Assembly (NCBI GenBank): GCA_016722375.1
Contig: JADKJG010000002.1
Span: 268,389 to 332,388, forward strand
Length of the DNA stretch: 64,000 nt
Reading direction: 5' to 3'
DNA from: Bacteroidota bacterium
GTDB lineage: Bacteria; Bacteroidota; Bacteroidia; Chitinophagales; LD1
Position 1 is the first letter of the stretch. Every line of letters starts with the position of its first letter. Under the pieces are notes generated by a model. That model worked only from the letters and a program-made list of their open reading frames with translations. It was not told the origin of the DNA and did not search any database. The translations under genes and the position numbers were made by a program. This document shows, piece after piece, positions 53,611 to 63,668 of the stretch.

Positions 53611-55245
53611 TTATTTGTCCGGCTGTAAAAACGGATACTGGTAGTCATGAGGAGGAACCAGCGTTTCTTTAATCGTTCTAGGCGAAACCCAACGTAGTAG
53701 GTTAATCATGCTTCCGGCCTTGTCGTTTGTTCCCGAACTTCTGCTTCCTCCAAAAGGTTGTTGCCCCACAACAGCACCGGTAGGTTTATCGTTGATATAG
53801 AAATTGCCGGCTGCATTGGTAAGTTTCCGGGTAGCCAGTTCTACGGCATACCTGTCCTGTGCAAAAATGGAACCGGTGAGCGAATAGGGCGAAGTAGAGT
53901 CCAGCAAGTTTAGGGTTTCTTCAAATTTATTTTGGTCATAAACATAAATCGTCAGTATAGGGCCAAACAATTCCTCGCACATAGTCACGTATTTGGGATC
54001 TTTGGTTACCAAGATTGTAGGTTCAATAAAATAGCCCTTTGTCTTGTTATAATTTCCACCTACCAAGACCTCTACATTCTTACTTTTCTTAGCTGATTCC
54101 AGATATGCCGCCAGCTTGTCAAAACTCTTTTCATCTATTACGGCATTAATGAAATTGCCAAAGTCCTCTACACCTCCCATCTTCATACTTTTGATAGTAG
54201 GAATAAGATGTTTTTTCAATTCACTCCAAAGGTTAGAAGGTACATAAGCCCTAGAAGCAGCAGAACATTTCTGTCCTTGATACTCAAAAGCACCGCGTTC
54301 TATGGCTACAGCCAGTGCTTTCACGTCTGCCGATTTGTGAGCGATGATAAAATCCTTACCGCCTGTCTCTCCCACAATGCGTGGGTACGTTTTATAAAGA
54401 TGAATATTATTGCCGATGGTTTTCCAAATATTCTGAAACACCTCCGTTGAACCTGTGAAATGAATCCCGGCAAAACTGGCATGTTTAAAAACCACTTCCG
54501 CCGCATCCGGACCAGATGGATAAATAAGATTGATCACTCCATCCGGCACGCCCGCCTCGCGAAAAATCTTCATCAATACATAGGCCGAATAGATTTGTGC
54601 ATTTGAAGGTTTCCAGACTACCACATTCCCCATCATCGCACAACTGGAAGGGAGATTGCCGGCTATAGCAGTAAAGTTGAAGGGAGTAAGAGCATAAATA
54701 AATCCTTCCAGTGGTCTCCATTCCGACCGATTCCAGATACCCGGTGAGCTATGTGGCTGCATCGAATAAATCTCAGTCATAAACTGAACATTAAAGCGCA
54801 GAAAGTCAATGATTTCGCAGGCTGAATCTATCTCTGCTTGGTAGGCATTTTTAGATTGGCCAAGCATAGTAGCGGCATTCAATTCCGCCCGATAAGGACC
54901 AGCGATTAACTCAGCTGCTTTAAGGAAGATAGAAGCTCGGTGTTCCCAGTTCATCTCGGTCCAAGCATCTCTGGCAGATAGTGCTGCGTTAATTGCCTGC
55001 GTTACATGTGCTTTTTCACTTTTGTAATAATAGCCCAACAGATGTTTTCGGTCGTGAGGCGGATTTAAAGCAGTTTTTTTCTTAGTCCTAACCTCTTGAC
55101 CGCCAATGAACATGGGAATGTCACGCACTTCGGCCCGCATTTTTTCTATCATGCTTTTCAACTCGGTCCTTTCCGCTGAGCCGGGTGCATAAGATTTGAT
55201 GGGTTCATTATATGCAGTTGGAACTTTAAAAAATCCTGTTGCCAT
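53611..55245 (-). CDS. pruA: L-glutamate gamma-semialdehyde (1-pyrroline-5-carboxylate) dehydrogenase
   Basis: 544 aa. Aldehyde dehydrogenase superfamily (ETGGKDF, QGQKCSAASR catalytic Cys region). The N-terminus MATGFFKVPTAYNEP is typical of Bacteroidota PruA. Confidence 0.85.
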   Translation of the reverse strand: MATGFFKVPTAYNEPIKSYAPGSAERTELKSMIEKMRAEVRDIPMFIGGQEVRTKKKTALNPPHDRKHLLGYYYKSEKAHVTQAINAALSARDAWTEMNWEHRASIFLKAAELIAGPYRAELNAATMLGQSKNAYQAEIDSACEIIDFLRFNVQFMTEIYSMQPHSSPGIWNRSEWRPLEGFIYALTPFNFTAIAGNLPSSCAMMGNVVVWKPSNAQIYSAYVLMKIFREAGVPDGVINLIYPSGPDAAEVVFKHASFAGIHFTGSTEVFQNIWKTIGNNIHLYKTYPRIVGETGGKDFIIAHKSADVKALAVAIERGAFEYQGQKCSAASRAYVPSNLWSELKKHLIPTIKSMKMGGVEDFGNFINAVIDEKSFDKLAAYLESAKKSKNVEVLVGGNYNKTKGYFIEPTILVTKDPKYVTMCEELFGPILTIYVYDQNKFEETLNLLDSTSPYSLTGSIFAQDRYAVELATRKLTNAAGNFYINDKPTGAVVGQQPFGGSRSSGTNDKAGSMINLLRWVSPRTIKETLVPPHDYQYPFLQPDK

Positions 55246-55259
55246 AGTCTTGAGTTTAT

Positions 55260-56615
55260 TTAGTTCCCACTGAAAAATATCTTGAAAATATCATTGCCCA
55301 AAGCAAATATCATCAAGCCAAAGATAATTACCATACCCACCACCTGAGCGCGTTCCAGAAATTTTTCATTTGGAGCTTTGCCTGTGACTATTTCATATAA
55401 GGTGAATAAAGCATGGCCACCATCCAAAGCAGGGATAGGAAGCAAATTCACGAATGCAAGTGCCAAAGAAAGGAAGGCTGTCAGATTCCAGAACCTATGC
55501 CAGTCCCAAGTAGGAGAGAACTGCTTACCGATGGTAAAGAAACTACCCAACTCCTTATAACCTTTCAGTTCCGGATCGAAGACAATTCTGAATTGTTTAA
55601 TGTAGCCGACGAGCGTTTTATATGTTTTATGCGCTCCTGCAGGAAAGGACGCTAATAAGCCATAGCTCTTATCTACGCTAGGGAAATATTTGTCACTTAA
55701 CGAAGAAAATCCCAGGATAGCCGTATCTGGTATATGAATATTAAAACGAAGTGTATCTTTTCCTCTCAAAGCAAGAATATCAATTGTCGTATTTCGGTAG
55801 GCCGGTAGATTTCTTCTTACCTCATGGAAATATTGAATTGGAATTGTGTCCAATTGTATAATTCGATCTCCCACCTTTGCTCCCGCCTTTTCAAGTGGCT
55901 TTCCGGGTATTAAAGTTTCTATAGAACAGGGAAAAATAGGCTCCACAAACGGGGTGGCTTTATTGGCCATTATTTCCTTGTAAATACTTTTCGGTACAGC
56001 AATCGTTTTGGGTTCGCCATTTCTTTCAATCTCCAATGTAGTGGCGTTGTTCAGCAACATATCTATACTGATACCAGCATAGTTCATGAATTTTTGTCCC
56101 CCATTGTATGAGATAATCCGATCCCCATCTTCCAAGCCAATCTTGCGCGCAGTGGAGTCAGCCGCATATCCATATTTGGCATTTTCAGCCGGCAGATAAC
56201 TTTCACCCCACCAGTACAGCATTTGGGAATAAATGAAAAAGGCCAACAACACATTAACGATAATCCCTCCCAACATGATAATTAAACGTTGCCAAGCCTT
56301 CTTACTTCTGAATTCATCGGGTTTAGGTTCCGATTTCAGAAATTCTTCATCCATACTTTCGTCAATCATACCGGCAATTTTGACATAGCCGCCTAAGGGA
56401 AACCAACCTAGTCCGTATTCTGTATCGCCTATTTTCTTTTTGAACAAAGCAAAATTGAGCACACTTGGAAAGGGAAAGAGAAAATCAAAAAACAAGTAAA
56501 ATTTCTCCACCCGTGTTTTGAACATACGAGCGGTGATGTAATGACCAAATTCATGGAGTACAACTAAGATAGAAAGGCTAAGCAAGAACTGGGCAACGCG
56601 AATGAATGTCTCCAT
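55260..56615 (-). CDS. rseP: RIP metalloprotease RseP (site-2 protease) with PDZ domains
   Basis: HEFGHY zinc motif 20 aa after the start METFIRVAQ, and the C-terminal NLLPIPALDGGH motif. The first 10 codons of the six-frame ORF are treated as an extension. Confidence 0.9.
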   Translation of the reverse strand: METFIRVAQFLLSLSILVVLHEFGHYITARMFKTRVEKFYLFFDFLFPFPSVLNFALFKKKIGDTEYGLGWFPLGGYVKIAGMIDESMDEEFLKSEPKPDEFRSKKAWQRLIIMLGGIIVNVLLAFFIYSQMLYWWGESYLPAENAKYGYAADSTARKIGLEDGDRIISYNGGQKFMNYAGISIDMLLNNATTLEIERNGEPKTIAVPKSIYKEIMANKATPFVEPIFPCSIETLIPGKPLEKAGAKVGDRIIQLDTIPIQYFHEVRRNLPAYRNTTIDILALRGKDTLRFNIHIPDTAILGFSSLSDKYFPSVDKSYGLLASFPAGAHKTYKTLVGYIKQFRIVFDPELKGYKELGSFFTIGKQFSPTWDWHRFWNLTAFLSLALAFVNLLPIPALDGGHALFTLYEIVTGKAPNEKFLERAQVVGMVIIFGLMIFALGNDIFKIFFSGN

Positions 56616-56735
56616 TAAAATTTTATTGAGCGGCAAATGTATCAAAAAACGGGTCTGCTACAGGGGAACACAACAGAGCATCAGCCGATAGAAAAATTTA
56701 TCTTTCTTTGTCGCTTCACGTCTATTCCATTTATT

Positions 56736-57725
56736 ATGTACGATCTCATTAAAGAATTTCCTTCCCAGTTGTTGCGCGCTGTGGAAATCGGCGAGCAAGC
56801 TAAGTTCAAGAACAAGGCCAAAGCTGAAATAAAAAACATTGTGGTTTGCGGACTAGGCGCTTCGGGCTTTGGCGGTAATTTGCTTTCTGAATTATTCCGT
56901 GGGGAATTAAAAATCCCGGTCATCGTCAATAAAAGCTACTTTCTTCCTGCTTTTGTAGACGAATCTACCCTGCTGATCCTTTCTTCTTATTCCGGGAATA
57001 CAGAAGAGACAATTTCCTGTGCCAACGATGCCGCTAAAAAGGGGATGAGCGCAGTATGTATTACTTCAGGCGGCACCTTGGCGACTATTGCAGATAAGCA
57101 AAACTGGAATTTGATAAAGATCCCCGCTGGTTTCCCTCCACGCTCTGCGCTGGGTTATTCAACCGTACAATTATTTTTTGTTTTAAAGCATTTTGGGCTC
57201 ATCGGAGACGAGTTTAAAAAGTCTATCCTTCGTACCGCATCTTTTCTGGAGATGGAACAGAACAAGATTATGGCTGATGCCGAATTCTTAGCCGGTAAAC
57301 TGTTGAACAAAATTTTAATTCTCTACACGGAGGATAAATATGAAAGTACCGCTCTGCGCCTAAAGCAGCAAATTAATGAGAATTCGAAGATGCACTGCTG
57401 GTATAATGTAGTTCCAGAAATGAATCACAATGAGTTGGTGGGCTGGCGTGAACCAATTAACAATATTGCAGTTATTATTCTTCGCTCCTTAGATGAATAC
57501 CACCGCAATACTGCCCGAATTCTTTTCAAGAAAGATGTGGTGTTGAAAGTTTCTGAAAACGTGTATGAAATTAATGCAAAAGGAAGTGACACCTTTGAAA
57601 AGCACTTCTATCTTGTTCATATTGGCGACTGGCTTTCTTACCATCTAGCCATGCTGCAAGGTTATGACCCCATAGAGATTGATGTGCTCGTGAGCCTCAA
57701 GTCGCACATGAGTTCCATTCAATAA
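56736..57725 (+). CDS. SIS-domain bifunctional phosphoglucose/phosphomannose isomerase family protein
   Basis: The ATG at 56736 gives MYDLIKEFPSQL. VVCGLGASGFGG and SYSGNTEETI are SIS motifs. The upstream 33 codons overlap the rseP start region and are unlikely to be coding. Confidence 0.65.
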   Translation: MYDLIKEFPSQLLRAVEIGEQAKFKNKAKAEIKNIVVCGLGASGFGGNLLSELFRGELKIPVIVNKSYFLPAFVDESTLLILSSYSGNTEETISCANDAAKKGMSAVCITSGGTLATIADKQNWNLIKIPAGFPPRSALGYSTVQLFFVLKHFGLIGDEFKKSILRTASFLEMEQNKIMADAEFLAGKLLNKILILYTEDKYESTALRLKQQINENSKMHCWYNVVPEMNHNELVGWREPINNIAVIILRSLDEYHRNTARILFKKDVVLKVSENVYEINAKGSDTFEKHFYLVHIGDWLSYHLAMLQGYDPIEIDVLVSLKSHMSSIQ

Positions 57726-57766
57726 ATATTCACGATAGTCTTAAGGACTTTCGTAGCCTCCAAAAA

Positions 57767-58834
57767 ATGAAAAAGAAATCCTACAAAACGATGAATTGCT
57801 GACCGGTGCTGCGGACCAAGGTGAAGATCTGGTTGAGCAAATAAAGTTAACAGTGGACAAGGGGCAGACTCCGATAAGAATTGATAAATTCTTACACGCC
57901 TTTCTAGGGCACAACATTAGCCGCACCAAAATTCAAGATGCTGCCGATGTGGGAAACATACTTGTCAATAAAGTCCCGGCCAAGTGCAGCTACAAAATTC
58001 AACCAGGCGATGAAATTCTACTCATCATGCCCAAACATGAAGAGAACTTTGATCTGGTTGCAGAAGACATTCCCATTGATATTGTTTATGAAGACGATGA
58101 TGTATTGGTCATCAATAAAGCCCCCGAAATGGTGGTGCATCCCGGTTTGGGTAATTATCGCGGCACCTTGGTGAATGCTGTTTTGGGATATTTGAAAGCG
58201 TCACAATTTGCTAAAGAAGATTTCCGTCCCGGTTTGGTTCACCGGTTGGATAAAGGCACCAGTGGATTGATTGTAGTAGCCAAAACAGAATTTGCGCTAA
58301 ATCATCTCGCCAAGCAATTTTTCAAACGCACCACTAAGCGCAAGTACTTGGCTTTGGTATGGGGTGATGTGGCCGATGAAGAAGGGAGAATCGAAGTAAA
58401 CATTGGGCGCGACACCCGCGAACGAATGCAGATGGAAGCCTACCCGGAAGGCGACAAAGGCAAACATGCTATTACGCATTATAAAGTGTTAGAGCGGCTG
58501 CATTATGTAACTCTGGTGGAATGTAGACTAGAAACCGGACGAACACACCAGGATCCGCGTACACATGAAATATATCGGACACACGCTTTTTAATGATGCC
58601 CGATATGGCGGCAACAAAATTCTTAAAGGAACAATCTATTCCAAATACAAACAGTTTGTAGAAAATTGTTTCCAACTTATGCCTCGCCAGGCGCTCCATG
58701 CCGCTACACTCGGTTTTGTTCATCCCACTTCCGGCGAAGAGTTATTCTTTGAATCTCCCCTGCCCGAAGAATTTCAGCAAGTGCTGGAAAAATGGAGGAA
58801 GTATTGGACGAATCCCAATGCGGAGGTAGTATAG
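57767..58834 (+). pseudogene. rluD: 23S rRNA pseudouridine synthase RluD family, frameshifted at GG 58551-58552 and possibly also in the A-run 57770-57774
   Basis: The ORF 57796..58593 has an S4 domain (RIDKFL) and HRLDKGTSGL, and ends LETGRTHQ-DPRTHEI. The next frame reads IRVHMKYIGHTLFNDARYGG (ORF 58565..58834). The only ATG (57767) is out of frame by one base within AAAAA. Confidence 0.8.
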
Positions 58835-58906
58835 CGCGTTTAATAGAGATTCAATTGCAATATTTCTTGTCGTATATAAAGTAGTATGGTGCAAGCCTAA
58901 AGCCTT

Positions 58907-61060
58907 CTAGTTCACCCACTCCACTTCTCCCTTTTCGTTTCTTCTGATTTTGGAAGAATCTAAAAGATAATCAATCGCCTCCTTAAATTCTTCTGAACGC
59001 AACTTTGTCTTTTGCTGGAGTAGCGATAATACCTGAGGTATTTGTTTTAACTCTTGCTCAATCTTCAACACATTGGCGGAAAATTCAGGAACCGACAATT
59101 TGCTTTTCTTTTTCGCCACACACACATCGCAAATACCGCAGTCGCTCGTAGTTGTTTCCCCGAAATAGGCCACTAGTTGTCGACTGCGGCACAGTTTCTT
59201 GTTGGTAATATATTGCAGAATGGAGCGTAGCTTTTCATCATAAATAGCTTTTCGTTTTTTAATGAAGTCACGATCCAGCAGTAAGTTTTCTTTTTTCACC
59301 CTCGGTCGAAGCAAAATGATTTGCGGTGTGTTCCGGCGAGTCTGGTATTGGAAAATATTAAACCGGCTTAGTGTCTCCAACTGATGTACTACCTCTTCAA
59401 CGTCTAATTTCATTCTACGGGCAACGGCTTCTTCTGCTATCGTCACAAAATCTTCAAATACTCCTGGCGAACTACGTAATATGAACTTCACCATCGGCTC
59501 CAACTTTTTGTTTTCTGCCTGAAATTTGAACAGAACATCCTTAGTGGCAACAACCTTTATCCGGGATGAATCATAAACACCCTCTGTCATGTAGAGCAGT
59601 TCCTGTTGTTCCAGAATTTTGAGGGAAGTAAGCACTAGGTGAGTTGGTTGATTCAACTGCTTCGTGAAATCTATGATATCAAAACCATAAGTCTCATTCA
59701 AGCCGCTGTTGTATGCAATCCGGAAATAGGAGCAAAGCGATTCATAAATATCTTTGATGAAATCAATCGGTGGGTAGCCTTCTTTGATCTTCCTTTCCAG
59801 TTGAAATAAATCACTTTCATCATACAGTAAAACAGCGTAAGATTTTATTCTATCTCTTCCCGCGCGTCCGGCTTCTTGGAAATAAGCTTCAACCGTATCG
59901 GGAATATCTGCGTGAATCACCAAACGAACATCTGCCTTGTCAATACCCATTCCAAAAGCGTTTGTGCAGCAGATGACGCGGGTTTTATCTTTAGTCCAGT
60001 TATCCTGTTTCAGTGAGCGCTGGTTGGGTTCCAAACCGGCATGATAAAAATCGGCTTTGATTTTATGTTTGTTCAAATAGTCAGAAAGTTCTTTGGTTTT
60101 GCGGCGACTACGCACGTACACAATAGCCGTACCCTTCACCTTCTGCAATACATCCAACAGCGCCAATTCTTTGTTGCTGTCTGTTTTGCGCACTACGTAA
60201 CTCAGATTGGGCCGCACAAAACTTTCGAGAAATACATTCTTTTTTCTGAAATGCAGATGCTCCTGAATATCATCTACAATGCCCGGGGTGGCGGTGGCAG
60301 TCAAAGCAATGACCGGTATATTGTTCAGTTGGTCGCGCACCTCTGCAATCTTCAAATATGGGGGACGAAAATCATAACCCCACTGTGAAATGCAATGTGC
60401 CTCATCCACCACAAGCAGCGAAATCTTCATCTTCTCCATGCGCACCCTGAAATCTTCAGTAGCTAAGCGCTCCGGCGAGATGTATAGAAACTTATAATCT
60501 CCATAAATGCAATTGTCGAGCAGCGTATCAATTTGTCGGTGCGACAACCCGGTATAAATAGCCAAAGCCTTAATGCCTTTCTTGTTGAGTTGATAGACCT
60601 GATCTTTCATCAGGGCAATCAAGGGAGAAATGACCAGACAAATCCCCTCTTTAAGCAAAGCCGGCACCTGAAAGCATACGGATTTTCCGCCACCGGTGGG
60701 TAGTAGCGCCAAAGTATCTCTTCCTTCCAACACCGAACGGATGATTGCTTCCTGCCCCGGACGAAAGGAATCGAAGCCCCAATATTGTTTCAGTATGCGG
60801 TGAATGTCCTGCACGTTATAAAGTAGAATGGAAATGGATGGTAATGATAAATTAATCCAAAATATCCTTGATACCGTCCAAGATTTTAATGAACTGATTA
60901 TACATTCTTCGATCGGTGATCTTAGAACTGTTTTTAGGGTAATGATTGTTTGAGATGGCACTTCATTTTCTTCAATTGTGACTATTTCATCAATAGCCAC
61001 CAAAGTCCTTCTTTTGTCTGGCGAAATGGTTTCGATAAAGCGCGGTTTCAAGTCTGACAT
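58907..61060 (-). CDS. recQ: ATP-dependent DNA helicase, RecQ family
   Basis: LKQYWGFDSFRPGQEAII, LLPTGGGKS, DEAHCISQWGYDFRP, and a zinc-binding C-x-C region (CGICDVC). The first ~82 aa of the ORF show no helicase features, so the true start may be the GTG at 60814. Confidence 0.85.
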   Translation of the reverse strand: MSDLKPRFIETISPDKRRTLVAIDEIVTIEENEVPSQTIITLKTVLRSPIEECIISSLKSWTVSRIFWINLSLPSISILLYNVQDIHRILKQYWGFDSFRPGQEAIIRSVLEGRDTLALLPTGGGKSVCFQVPALLKEGICLVISPLIALMKDQVYQLNKKGIKALAIYTGLSHRQIDTLLDNCIYGDYKFLYISPERLATEDFRVRMEKMKISLLVVDEAHCISQWGYDFRPPYLKIAEVRDQLNNIPVIALTATATPGIVDDIQEHLHFRKKNVFLESFVRPNLSYVVRKTDSNKELALLDVLQKVKGTAIVYVRSRRKTKELSDYLNKHKIKADFYHAGLEPNQRSLKQDNWTKDKTRVICCTNAFGMGIDKADVRLVIHADIPDTVEAYFQEAGRAGRDRIKSYAVLLYDESDLFQLERKIKEGYPPIDFIKDIYESLCSYFRIAYNSGLNETYGFDIIDFTKQLNQPTHLVLTSLKILEQQELLYMTEGVYDSSRIKVVATKDVLFKFQAENKKLEPMVKFILRSSPGVFEDFVTIAEEAVARRMKLDVEEVVHQLETLSRFNIFQYQTRRNTPQIILLRPRVKKENLLLDRDFIKKRKAIYDEKLRSILQYITNKKLCRSRQLVAYFGETTTSDCGICDVCVAKKKSKLSVPEFSANVLKIEQELKQIPQVLSLLQQKTKLRSEEFKEAIDYLLDSSKIRRNEKGEVEWVN

Positions 61061-61170
61061 AATTAAAGCATGAGTTGATTGAATAGTGATTCTCTTGATT
61101 GATATTAAATTTGTGCAGCGAAGTTAAAATCGTACACCAAATAGCTGACAAGTAATTTAAACTCTAAATC

Positions 61171-61578
61171 ATGAACCACTGGCTGATTAAATCTGATCCC
61201 GAAACCTATTCGTTTGAGCGCATGAAAAAGGAAAAGAAAACATTCTGGGATGGCGTGCGAAACTATGCAGCTCGCAATCATTTGAAGGCGATGAAGAAGG
61301 GTGACCTCTGCTTTTTTTATGAGAGCATGAATGGTTTGCCCTCCGTTGTTGGAATAGTGAAGGTGGCGAAAGAATACTATCAGGACCCGACTACAGAGGA
61401 TAGCTGGGTATATGTAGATATGGAGTATGTGGAAGACATGAAACGACCGGTGACTTTGGCAGAAGTGAAGGCCAATAAGAAGCTGAGCCAGATGGCTTTG
61501 GTGCGTATCAGCCGGCTGAGTGTTCAACCGGTGAGCAAAGAGGAGTGGAATGAGATTTTAAAAATGAGCGTGAAATAG
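61171..61578 (+). CDS. EVE (PUA-like, DUF55) domain-containing protein
   Basis: 135 aa. MNHWLIKSDPETYSF......WDGVRNYAARNHLKAMKKGD..FFYES. Confidence 0.75.
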   Translation: MNHWLIKSDPETYSFERMKKEKKTFWDGVRNYAARNHLKAMKKGDLCFFYESMNGLPSVVGIVKVAKEYYQDPTTEDSWVYVDMEYVEDMKRPVTLAEVKANKKLSQMALVRISRLSVQPVSKEEWNEILKMSVK

Positions 61579-61605
61579 CTGCTCGGTGAAGCACGAGGTA
61601 TTTAT

Positions 61606-62301
61606 ATGACGACAAGAAAAAAACCTCTGGAGCGTTTGCGCAACACTATAGCCAACATGATGTCGGCTGAGGATGTGGTGGAGAAGAAGGCGCAAAAGAG
61701 TCCGAAGCAACAGTCGCATGACGAGGAGATACAAAATGCCATCTTGGTTCTGGCTTCGGCGGTGATTCGTTGTGATAGAAATTATACTTCTGAAACAGAA
61801 ACTCAGTTGCAGAAGTTTCTCGGCGAGCAGTTTGGTGAGCAGGGGGTGCAACAAAGAATGAAACAGGTCCATTCTCATCTGCAAGCGGGCACCGAACCAT
61901 TCATCAAGATAGCTTGCAAGCAATTGAAGATGCTGACCACCGATGAATCGCTTTTGTCTATTGTTCAGTTCCTATTCAATGTGGCGGGCGCGGACGATTT
62001 TGTGAATGCAAAAGAAACGCGGTGTTTACAACGGATAGCGACCTATCTGGGTGTGGACGAAAAGGGCTTTGCAGCAATCAAACAGCAGTTTATCCATCAT
62101 CATAATCCTTATAGTATTCTGGGAATTGATGAAACCGCCAATTGGGAAACGGTGCGGCGCGCCTATCGCAAGATGATTTTGCAAACGCACCCCGATAAAA
62201 ATGCCGCCCGCACCACAGATGCTGAGGCTCATGCTAAATTCCGCGAGGTGCAACATGCTTTTGAATTGATTCGGAAGGAAAGGGGGAGGGAGAAGGAATG
62301 A
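61606..62301 (+). CDS. J-domain protein with a TerB-like N-terminal region (DjlA-like co-chaperone)
   Basis: 231 aa. C-terminal J domain NPYSILGIDETANWETVRRAYRKMILQTHPDKN. Confidence 0.75.
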   Translation: MTTRKKPLERLRNTIANMMSAEDVVEKKAQKSPKQQSHDEEIQNAILVLASAVIRCDRNYTSETETQLQKFLGEQFGEQGVQQRMKQVHSHLQAGTEPFIKIACKQLKMLTTDESLLSIVQFLFNVAGADDFVNAKETRCLQRIATYLGVDEKGFAAIKQQFIHHHNPYSILGIDETANWETVRRAYRKMILQTHPDKNAARTTDAEAHAKFREVQHAFELIRKERGREKE

Positions 62302-62368
62302 GGCTCTGGCTGGTAATAAAACGAAAATCTCTAAGCCCGTGCTGAGAAAGTAGCCGAACAGACAAAAT

Positions 62369-62431
62369 GGCAGCTTACAAGCAAGGTATGACATCTTACA
62401 GTCGTGGGATGGCATCTACCAAGGTTGGGAG
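62369..62431. repeat. Three-unit 21-bp mini-array related to array A2
   Basis: The first unit GGCAGCTTACAAGCAAGGTAT is identical (21/21) to the first unit of A2 at 29525, and both are preceded by GACAAAWT. The second unit GACATCTTACAGTCGTGGGAT resembles A2 unit 3. Confidence 0.8.
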
Positions 62432-62699
62432 GGGTGTAGCGAAATTAGGATTGCCATTCATGCAACTGATCACGTCGCGGCTGGTATATAACTGCTGCGC
62501 TACCGATTAGGACCGGTTGCGTACCGAAGATGCCATAGTAAACGAGCCGGTTAGAAAAAGGTCACACGAAATACGAAAAATATTTTCAGAACCGGTACCG
62601 GTCAGCAATATTCCACTGGTTTGTATTATATGTATAATCGGAACAGGTACCGGAGCCGGATGGAGTGAAAAAATATCCTACCCTGTAGTTCATACAAGA

Positions 62700-62971
62700 A
62701 AAAAAGGAGCTACTTTTCTTAGAAAAGGAGCTACATCACAAAGAAAAGTATCTACTATTCGAAAAAAAGGAGCTACTTTTCTAAGAAAAGGACATACTTT
62801 ACAAAGAAAGGAGCTACTTCTGCAAGAAAAGGAGGTACTCTACAAAGAAAAGGAGCCACTTCACGAAGAAAAGTATCTACCATAGAAAGAAAAGGAGCTA
62901 CCCCACGAAGAAAAGTATCTACCATAGAAAGAAAAGGAGCTACTTCAAAATGAAAAGTAGCACATGCATAA
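62700..62971. repeat. Tandem array A5: 13 units of 21 bp (one of 20 nt), consensus AGAAAAGGAGCTACNNNNNNA
   Basis: AGAAAAG recurs at 62721, 62742, (62763), 62784, 62805, 62825, 62846, 62867, 62888, 62909 and 62930. There is an exact 41-nt duplication (62860-62900 = 62902-62942). Degenerate units extend to about 62664 and 62992. Confidence 0.9.
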
Positions 62972-63193
62972 AGAATAGGAGGCTTGTTTTCGATTAGGTT
63001 TTCTTCATAACCTTTGGGATGGGGTAAGGTTGTTGCTGAAGTTCTAATAATTATTCCTCCGTAGGTCGTTGTTTCCTGAATAGGATTCAAGCCGGGTATT
63101 TTTGTTCGGATAGGCTGTAGGCGTTCAATATTTCGAACCCTTATAGAAAAAAGGCTTTCTTTCTAAAATTGCTTCACTTGTTACATTTGCAGT

Positions 63194-63508
63194 ATGACTA
63201 GAGAATTTGTAGTGATGATAGAGAAGTTTCTGACCAAGAGGAAATTTAGAAACTATCGGTTTCCGAGAACCCTTTATTTCGTTCCAAACCCCGAATGGTC
63301 AGCAATGGAGAGTAGCAGCAAAACTAAATTGGAACCAGACACAATAGCTGTGTTTTTAGCCTATAAGGACGGTAAAACCACGATAAATATGGGAGAAGAT
63401 GTCATATTTTTGGTGGATAGCATTTCCGTTCCACTTACGGATGGTGAGTTTGTTTTGAAAGTGTCGGACGGCGTCGGCGAACTCATTAATTTAAAGGAAA
63501 TAGTTTAA
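63194..63508 (+). CDS. Hypothetical protein
   Basis: 104-aa ORF with no recognisable motif. Coding status is uncertain. Confidence 0.3.
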   Translation: MTREFVVMIEKFLTKRKFRNYRFPRTLYFVPNPEWSAMESSSKTKLEPDTIAVFLAYKDGKTTINMGEDVIFLVDSISVPLTDGEFVLKVSDGVGELINLKEIV

Positions 63509-63600
63509 TCTCCCCATCCCCGCCTTATTGATTTCGCCAACTTGTGGGTATTGAATCCAGATTTCTGCGTTAAATGTTGAAAATTTGATGCCGCAATACT

Positions 63601-63631
63601 TTGTAAGGGGGGTGTCGAAAGAGTATATTTG
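63601..63631 (+). promoter_or_regulatory. Candidate Bacteroidota sigma-A promoter for gyrA (TTG, 20-nt spacer, TATATTTG)
   Basis: TATATTTG at 63624-63631 matches the -7 consensus TAnnTTTG. TTG lies at 63601-63603. The box is 38 nt upstream of the gyrA ATG. Confidence 0.35.
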
Positions 63632-63668
63632 GGCGCTTAAAAAAACGGCTAATAGCTAAAACCAAAAA

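Noticed and set aside
62026-62415. A 129-aa minus-strand ORF containing LACKLPFC, similar to the antisense ORF of A2.
   Set aside because: Most of it is antisense to the well-supported J-domain gene 61606..62301. The similarity only reflects the shared DNA of the A2 leader and mini-array.
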